Positions 57,722-64,000 of a stretch of DNA of 64,000 nucleotides are shown here, piece after piece. The stretch is from Candidatus Bruticola sp. (GTDB taxonomy: Bacteria; Vulcanimicrobiota; Xenobia; Xenobiales; Xenobiaceae): the NCBI GenBank assembly GCA_051874735.1, contig JBJEGD010000022.1:402-64401 (forward strand), given 5' to 3'. The translations under genes were made by a program, and so were the position numbers. Position 1 is the first letter of the stretch. Every line of letters starts with the position of its first letter. The notes under the pieces were generated by a model. That model was not told the DNA's origin and ran no database searches. It worked only from the letters and a program-made list of their open reading frames with translations.

Positions 57722-59140
57722 TCAGTTATCCTTTATGTCGGATTCATCTGACAAACTAGGATCGACAACCGGAAGAGGTATACTACTCCGCGGCTCAATA
57801 CATTTGCTTGAGGCAATAGCTTCCCACTCTGTAGAACGATGATGTACACTGCTCTGCTGATCTGAAGAAGATAAAGTAGCTCCTTCCCGTATAGCTTTCG
57901 GCTTTTTAACTTTAATAGGACGAGTTTTTACCTCGGTATTACTATTAGTCGATATATTAAGCATTAGCCCCATGGAGACCATAGTTACTATTAGAGAACT
58001 CCCTCCCGCTGAAACAAAAGGAAGAGGCAATCCTTTATTGGGAAGCAACCCGGTGACTACTCCTATATTGAAAAGAGTTTGTCCGACAATTTGCAAAGAT
58101 ATACCAAAGGCAATTAAAGCTTTGTAAGGATCAGGACAGGTGAAAGATATTTCTATACAGCACATGATCAGCACAAGAAATATAAGCAGAAGCCCCAAAG
58201 AGCCTATTAGGCCAAGTTCCTCACAAATAATTGCATAAATAAAATCGCAATGCATTTCAGGCACAAAATCGAATTTTTGGCGTGAAAACGGAAAACCTAC
58301 CCCCCAAATACCGCCTGAACCTATAGCTAAAAATGAGTTACAAGCCTGATATCCTATCCCCTGCGGATCGGACATCGGATCAAGCCAGCTAGACAATCTG
58401 GACATACGGTAGGATTCTTTAAATATCATCAGCACTCCGCACAAGAAAGCTAATGAAGAAGATCCGACTGTAAATTGCCAAGGCGTACCTACAGCTATGA
58501 GCATCATAAATATGGTAACACCAATCACAACAATAGTACCGAGATCTTTACCCATTTCGATCAGGGCAAGTAGGACAGCACTAACAGCTAAGGCAGGCCA
58601 CAACACCAGAAAAGTTTTATAAGCAACGTTGAAATTATATTGTAGCCACTCAAAGCTAAAAGTTCTAACACTGGAAACCTCCTGATCAACGCTCAAAGGA
58701 GATTCCTTAGCCTTAACTATCTCTTCATAATTACGGGCTAAAAAATCAGCCCAAAAAAGAATAATCGCTAGTTTAGCAAACTCTCCCGGCTGAAACTGCA
58801 CCCCTCCGACAGAAGCCCAGCGGTTTACTTCGTTAACTGAACTGCTCAATAACGCCCAAATTTGTAAAGCCGCAGTTAAACAAACTAAAGGCAAACTGAC
58901 AACCTGACGCCATTTGCTGAAGTCAAACCATTTGTAGATGCAAAACATCAACACGGAGCCTATAATAAAGAAAAGAACCTGACGGTTAAAGAAATGAAGT
59001 GAGCTATAATTGTAATCAGGAGACAAAGCTCCTAGGCCTATCGAAGCCGAAAGCACAATCAGCAAACCGAAACAAACCAACACAGCAATAACTACGAACA
59101 GTGTTGAAGTAATCGGCTTATTAAAATACTCAAATTTCAT
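57722..59140 (-). CDS. ftsW: SEDS peptidoglycan polymerase FtsW
   Basis: RW...FQPGEFAK, PEMHCDFI, EELG and LPFVSAGGSS motifs; between murD and murG. Confidence 0.94.
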   Translation of the reverse strand: MKFEYFNKPITSTLFVVIAVLVCFGLLIVLSASIGLGALSPDYNYSSLHFFNRQVLFFIIGSVLMFCIYKWFDFSKWRQVVSLPLVCLTAALQIWALLSSSVNEVNRWASVGGVQFQPGEFAKLAIILFWADFLARNYEEIVKAKESPLSVDQEVSSVRTFSFEWLQYNFNVAYKTFLVLWPALAVSAVLLALIEMGKDLGTIVVIGVTIFMMLIAVGTPWQFTVGSSSLAFLCGVLMIFKESYRMSRLSSWLDPMSDPQGIGYQACNSFLAIGSGGIWGVGFPFSRQKFDFVPEMHCDFIYAIICEELGLIGSLGLLLIFLVLIMCCIEISFTCPDPYKALIAFGISLQIVGQTLFNIGVVTGLLPNKGLPLPFVSAGGSSLIVTMVSMGLMLNISTNSNTEVKTRPIKVKKPKAIREGATLSSSDQQSSVHHRSTEWEAIASSKCIEPRSSIPLPVVDPSLSDESDIKDN

Positions 59141-59178
59141 TTACAACAGCCCCCGATCAGTTACGTTATATAATTTAT

Positions 59179-60612
59179 TCATTCGATAACCGAGGCATAT
59201 TCAGCAAACAGGCGCCCACGTTCCTCAGCATTGCGGAACATATCAAAACTAGAGCATGCAGGAGAAAGCAACACTACACCTCCACTTTCTCGTACCTGGC
59301 TCCATCCTATAGCTACAGCTTCCTGCAAAGTTGACGCTCTGTAAATAGGTAGAGTTCCAAACTGACGTACCGTCTCTTCCAATCGGTCTGCAGCTTCACC
59401 AATTAAAACTAAATAGTTGCAACCTTTAACAATAACCCGCCCCAAAGGAGAAAAATCGAATCCTTTGTCTTTACCACCGGCAATAAGAACTAAAGGAGCC
59501 CGCTTAAAAGCTTCTATAGCCGCTATTACAGAACTAGTATTCGTAGCTTTCGAGTCGTCAATAAAGCGAACACCTTTATAATTTCGCACTAACTCCATAC
59601 GATAATGAAGAGGACGATGGGCTTGCAAAGCAGCTTTTATATTTTCCTGACTGACATGAAGGAAACGAGCCACCACCACAGCAGCTAAAGCATTGGCTAA
59701 ATTATGGGGGCCAGGAAGTCCTGGGTATTCATGTTCCTCCCAAGAAACTACTTGTTCGGCGCATGATTCATTTCTGTACCAAATCCAGCCTTTTTCGTAC
59801 CAGGCGCCTTTAGCTACAGAATGATCGACAGAAAAAGTCATAACTTGCGGACAGGCGGCAACTTCTGGACGCGGGTAAGATGGCAACCAATTAGGAAGGA
59901 GACCTTGGCGCAATAAACTAGCCATACGCTTAGCTTCTGGATCATCGTCGCTGAAAATAGCCAAGTCTGCCGGTCCCATTCTAGCGAACAAACGCGCTTT
60001 GGCGGCAAAGTATTCCTCTAAATTGGGATGACGATCTAAATGATCAGGTGTCACATTGGTCAAAACAGCGATGTGGGGGTGAAACAGATCGACACTTTCT
60101 AATTGAAAACTAGAAATTTCAGCCGTCACAAAACCGTCCGCCTCAGCCTTATCGACTTCAGCTACTAACGGATTGCCAATATTGCCGGCCAAAATAGAAT
60201 GTTTTCCCAGCATACGATCAATAAGAGTGACGGAAGTTGATTTGCCATTTGTACCTGTTACGGCAATAAATTGGGCTTTAGAAAGACTCCAAGCTATTTC
60301 TACCTCACCCAGAACCTTAATTCTGCGGCGCATAGCTTCTTCAATCAGTGGGCTATGTATGGAGACTCCAGGGCTGATAACAATTATGTCACTATTGAAA
60401 ATTTCATCAGAATGTCCCCCGCACTCGTAAGCAACTCCCAAGTGCTGCAGGGCGTCTATCGCTTCGGCGAGCTGCTCTGCCTTTCGAGAATCACTAACTA
60501 AAACTTCAGCTCCCCGCCCTTTTAACACCTCAGCTAAAGCTAGGCCACTCTTGCCCATTCCGATTATGGCGATCTTCTTGTTTTTATAAAGGTTATTAAT
60601 AGTGGAGTTCAT
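59179..60612 (-). CDS. murD: UDP-MurNAc-L-Ala-D-glutamate ligase
   Basis: GMGKSG, TGTNGKST, EISSFQL, DDSKATN and SPACSSFDMF motifs. Confidence 0.98.
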   Translation of the reverse strand: MNSTINNLYKNKKIAIIGMGKSGLALAEVLKGRGAEVLVSDSRKAEQLAEAIDALQHLGVAYECGGHSDEIFNSDIIVISPGVSIHSPLIEEAMRRRIKVLGEVEIAWSLSKAQFIAVTGTNGKSTSVTLIDRMLGKHSILAGNIGNPLVAEVDKAEADGFVTAEISSFQLESVDLFHPHIAVLTNVTPDHLDRHPNLEEYFAAKARLFARMGPADLAIFSDDDPEAKRMASLLRQGLLPNWLPSYPRPEVAACPQVMTFSVDHSVAKGAWYEKGWIWYRNESCAEQVVSWEEHEYPGLPGPHNLANALAAVVVARFLHVSQENIKAALQAHRPLHYRMELVRNYKGVRFIDDSKATNTSSVIAAIEAFKRAPLVLIAGGKDKGFDFSPLGRVIVKGCNYLVLIGEAADRLEETVRQFGTLPIYRASTLQEAVAIGWSQVRESGGVVLLSPACSSFDMFRNAEERGRLFAEYASVIE

Positions 60613-61586
60613 GACAGACCTCCCATAAAATAGAGCACGCCGACTAGAGCCAGTATTACAGAAACAATCACGAAACGAGAAGTTACCTGAACTTCGTGGA
60701 GCCCACTTAATTCAAAGTGATGATGGATTGGACTCATTTTAAAAATCCGCTTGCCGTTAGTTAATTTAAAATAAGAAACCTGCATAATTACGGATAGCGC
60801 TTCAACTACAAAAACTCCGCCTATAACGACAAGTAGGAATTCTGTGCCAGTAAGCAAAGCCAAAGCGGCTAGCGCTCCCCCTAAAGCTAGCGATCCGGTA
60901 TCCCCCATAAAGACACGGGCAGGGAATACGTTGTACCACAAAAAACCTACACAAGCTCCAGCCATAGCAGACGCCGCCAAACAAAGTTCCATATGACCAG
61001 TATAAGCAGCGACAGCACTATAAGCTAGCAAAGCCACCGTACAAGTTCCTCCGGCTAGACCGTCGAGACCGTCAGTCAAATTAACAGCATTGACAGTCCC
61101 ACTAGTCAACAGAAGAGTTAAACCTAGAAGCAACCAAGTACTGCTGACAAAGCCGAACACAGGCACAGTGACTCCCAGAGGCTCTCTTGTAAAGTATAGA
61201 TAAACAAATAGAGCCAATCCCAATCCGAGGAGAGCAGCCATTTTATGGCGTGCTTTCAGACCTAAGCTGCGGTGTTTCATAAGCTTGCTTAAATCATCAG
61301 TCATGCCCAAAACAGCGCAAAATACAGTGACCATGCGAAAAACCCATAGGTCTAACGCATTAGGCGCCCAAAAACTAGCCAGCAGGCCGGCAAAAATAAG
61401 GACGATACCGCCCATAGTAGGCGTTCCCGCTTTAGATAGATGTGCTTTGGGGCCTTCTTCACGAACTTCTTGTCCCCACCCATGACCTTTAGCCCAACGC
61501 AAAAAGATGGGCATACTTACTAATGACAATCCCAAACCTGTAAGAATAGTTAGCCCTATCAAATTCATCCCCGGCAAGTTACTCAT
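60609..61586 (-). CDS. mraY: Phospho-MurNAc-pentapeptide transferase
   Basis: GTPTMGG, NAVNLTDGLDGL, FMGDTGS and PIHHHFE motifs. Confidence 0.98.
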   Translation of the reverse strand: MSNLPGMNLIGLTILTGLGLSLVSMPIFLRWAKGHGWGQEVREEGPKAHLSKAGTPTMGGIVLIFAGLLASFWAPNALDLWVFRMVTVFCAVLGMTDDLSKLMKHRSLGLKARHKMAALLGLGLALFVYLYFTREPLGVTVPVFGFVSSTWLLLGLTLLLTSGTVNAVNLTDGLDGLAGGTCTVALLAYSAVAAYTGHMELCLAASAMAGACVGFLWYNVFPARVFMGDTGSLALGGALAALALLTGTEFLLVVIGGVFVVEALSVIMQVSYFKLTNGKRIFKMSPIHHHFELSGLHEVQVTSRFVIVSVILALVGVLYFMGGLS

Positions 61587-61611
61587 AAAACGCCTCTTTT
61601 TCCCAAAAATT

Positions 61612-63129
61612 TTACTCTACAGTATAAACATCCCTGATCTTCTGGGCCATAGCAGACAAGTTAACAGAATGTGAAGCTTTAATCAACAAACAGTCACCGG
61701 GCTGACGCACTCCGCTCAACATCTCGTAGGCCTGTTCCCAATTTGAAGCCCACAGAGAATGAAGCCCGCAACTTTGGGCTTCCTTAACAGTATTCACACT
61801 TAATTCCCCTACTCCAATCAACATATCTAGACCACTGTTGGCGCAAAGTTTTCCCAGTTGTCGGTGCAGTTCCTTTTCCTCTGCCCCTAATTCCAGCATG
61901 TCTCCTAAAACAGCTAAACAGCGCCTCTTGTCTCCAGTTTGGCCAGCGCCTAATCCGATTTTGCTTAACAAAGATGGAAGTTTAGGCATTAATTCTAAAG
62001 CTGCTTTCACTGAACTGGGAGCAGCATTGTACGAATCGTCTATCAAAACTGTGCCATCGGGAGCGGCCTCAATTTGGAGTCTTTTACCGGTAAGCTGACA
62101 GGAGGCCAAACCGCGAGCCCCTTCTTCTAAACTGACTCCAGCTTCAGAGCAGGCAGCCAACGCAGCCAACATATTAGCGCAATTGTGCCTTCCTGGTACT
62201 GGTAAAAATACTTTGTGAATTCCCATAGGAGAGGCAAAATGCACAATTTGTCCCCAAATTAAGCGACACATACCCCTGCTGTGTTCACTCATTTCTGTTG
62301 TTTTAAGACATTCTTCAGTCTCAAGCAAGTGCCAATCTGCCTGGCTATTGAGCACCCCAAAAGACACACACCGCCCTTTAGCATGTTCATGAAGTAGATC
62401 ATAAAAATCTGAATCAGCTGGAAGTATAGATACACCAGTGAAACTGCTCTCGTCCAAAAGTTCTGCTTTGGCCAGAGCTATTTCTCTCCTACTGCCTAAC
62501 CTTTCCAAATGAGACTCACCTATAGTACTTACAATACTAATACTAGGAACAGCTATTTTGGCTAAACGCTCAATCTCACCACGAGCTCGCATTCCCATTT
62601 CAGTAACCGCCCAGTCAGTATCTAAGCGCAACGACAAAAGAGTTTCAGCAAAGCCTATTTCATTATTGTGGTTGGCCACAGTTGCAGTTACCTTATAGCG
62701 CTGACTAAGAATAGAACGCACAAAATCTTTAACAGTTGTTTTTCCAACTGAACCTGTTACCGCCATAACTTTAGAACCACAACACCGCAAATAATAGCCA
62801 CTTAAAAGAAGATAAGCCTGAAGACAAGAATCAACGTAAATAAGTTTACCCGCATAATTTGGGGACGGTTTAATCTCTCCAGCCTCTCTTATAGACCATA
62901 AAGAAGCAGCAGCCCCTCCTTTTAAGGCACTCTCCACAAATTTATGGCCATTAAAGCGCTCACCGCGCAAAGGTACAAACAATCCCCCGGCTATAGGACT
63001 GCGACTATCAGTAAAAAGACCAGTTAGAACTAAATCTTTTGATATTTGCTGAGGAAGTTCAGATTGAAGAACTGTAGATATTGTTTCTACTTTCCAAATT
63101 TCGGCCATACAGATGTTATAACGTTCCAT
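61612..63129 (-). CDS. murF: UDP-MurNAc-tripeptide-D-Ala-D-Ala ligase
   Basis: TGSVGKTT, NNEIG, EMGM, DDSYNA and LGDMLELG motifs. Confidence 0.97.
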   Translation of the reverse strand: MERYNICMAEIWKVETISTVLQSELPQQISKDLVLTGLFTDSRSPIAGGLFVPLRGERFNGHKFVESALKGGAAASLWSIREAGEIKPSPNYAGKLIYVDSCLQAYLLLSGYYLRCCGSKVMAVTGSVGKTTVKDFVRSILSQRYKVTATVANHNNEIGFAETLLSLRLDTDWAVTEMGMRARGEIERLAKIAVPSISIVSTIGESHLERLGSRREIALAKAELLDESSFTGVSILPADSDFYDLLHEHAKGRCVSFGVLNSQADWHLLETEECLKTTEMSEHSRGMCRLIWGQIVHFASPMGIHKVFLPVPGRHNCANMLAALAACSEAGVSLEEGARGLASCQLTGKRLQIEAAPDGTVLIDDSYNAAPSSVKAALELMPKLPSLLSKIGLGAGQTGDKRRCLAVLGDMLELGAEEKELHRQLGKLCANSGLDMLIGVGELSVNTVKEAQSCGLHSLWASNWEQAYEMLSGVRQPGDCLLIKASHSVNLSAMAQKIRDVYTVE

Positions 63130-63157
63130 TTCTTAGAAATATAAAATCAAAATAAAA

Positions 63158-63192
63158 TCCTCTTAGTAGAGGCGCACCTCAAACTAAGAGGA
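63158..63192. other. Intergenic hairpin between murE and murF
   Basis: Stem tcctcttagt/actaagagga with an inner gagg/cctc stem; could be an attenuator or mRNA-stability element. Confidence 0.5.
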
Positions 63193-63211
63193 CCAAAAAA
63201 TAGCTCTGACC

Positions 63212-64000
63212 TTATAGGGCAGCTCGATCTACAACGTAAAGACTGTGATTTATAGCGCGTCGATTCCACTCAGCAGCCATCCGCACGCTAATAGGAGCTA
63301 AAGACTCTCGACTATTTTCTAGAGCCATTGAGCTTAGAACTTTTTCAGCTTGTTCTACGTCGTCGAAGTGAACGGTTTTATCGCTAAACTTCTGGTACGT
63401 TTCATGGCCCTTACCGGCAATAACGACTGTATCGCCAGCTTTAGCGCTGTTCAACGCACGAGATATAGCCTCAGCACGACTGAAAACAACTTCGACATAC
63501 TGCATATATTCTGAGGATATTCCAGCCAAAATCTGACGTATTATAACTTCAGGATCCTCGTTTCTAGGATTGTCGTTGGTTATATAAATTTTATCAGCCT
63601 TTTCAGCAGCTAAACGCCCCATTATAGCTCGCTTGCCGTGATCGCGATCTCCTCCACATCCGAAAACCAAAGTCAACTTGCCTTTTGTAATCATACGAGC
63701 AGAATCGAGCAAATTAGACAAGCCATCTGGAGAATGGGCATAATCTACAATGACAGTAAAGTTTTGGCCTTTACGAACGAGCTGGAAGCGCCCAGGAACG
63801 GCAGCGACCGATTCTAGACCTTTAACAATACACTTTCCATCGATGCGCAAAGCCATACCGACGGCAGCAGCGGCCAAAGCGTTGTGCAAATTAAAGAGTC
63901 CAGAAAGTGGCAAATTTACCTCGAATTCTCCAACACGAGTCTCGATAGTGAAACTCAGCCCACTTGGGTTTGCTTTGACGTCGTAAGCTCGCACATCAGC
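63212..64000 (-). CDS. murE: UDP-MurNAc-dipeptide-meso-DAP ligase, 5' end outside window
   Basis: VPGRF, VDYAHSPD, FGCGGDRD, DNPR (meso-DAP-type motif) and AGKGHE. Confidence 0.97.
   Translation of the reverse strand, partial: ADVRAYDVKANPSGLSFTIETRVGEFEVNLPLSGLFNLHNALAAAAVGMALRIDGKCIVKGLESVAAVPGRFQLVRKGQNFTVIVDYAHSPDGLSNLLDSARMITKGKLTLVFGCGGDRDHGKRAIMGRLAAEKADKIYITNDNPRNEDPEVIIRQILAGISSEYMQYVEVVFSRAEAISRALNSAKAGDTVVIAGKGHETYQKFSDKTVHFDDVEQAEKVLSSMALENSRESLAPISVRMAAEWNRRAINHSLYVVDRAAL

Overview
A 64-kb window of bacterial core chromosome with no phage, IS, integrase or CRISPR signal. Gene content and order look Terrabacteria-like (four-domain S1, polA...coaE-SLT linkage, glmU-prs-rplY-pth, a CAO N-terminal-domain protein, several Hanks-type kinases); taxonomy cannot be fixed from this window. 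Left to right: a giant (>=2331 aa) TPR-like gene on the minus strand that the ORF track missed because it runs off the left edge; smpB, SLT, coaE, rpsA; a full-length Pol I homologue with degenerate catalytic motifs; mgtE plus a GldA/F/G-DUF4340-type ABC module; a divergent pseudokinase - Ser/Thr kinase - membrane FHA - CofD - YfhO-type operon; tRNA-Gln; glmU-prs-rplY-pth; a flavoprotein; tRNA-Leu; a squalene/phytoene synthase and small DMT transporter; a CYTH-GT2 fusion; an esterase; a PilZ-like protein; a 1160-aa GlmS; a degenerate His kinase coupled to a Ser/Thr kinase-PBP receptor; and the dcw cluster (murE to ftsQ) ending in an MBL hydrolase. The main theme is intact genes whose catalytic or ligand-binding motifs are lost (Pol I, a kinase, a His kinase, PilZ). 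The best candidates for new biology are the apparently inactive Pol I and the kinase/FHA/CofD/YfhO operon. All domain calls come from reading motifs by eye; no database search was run.
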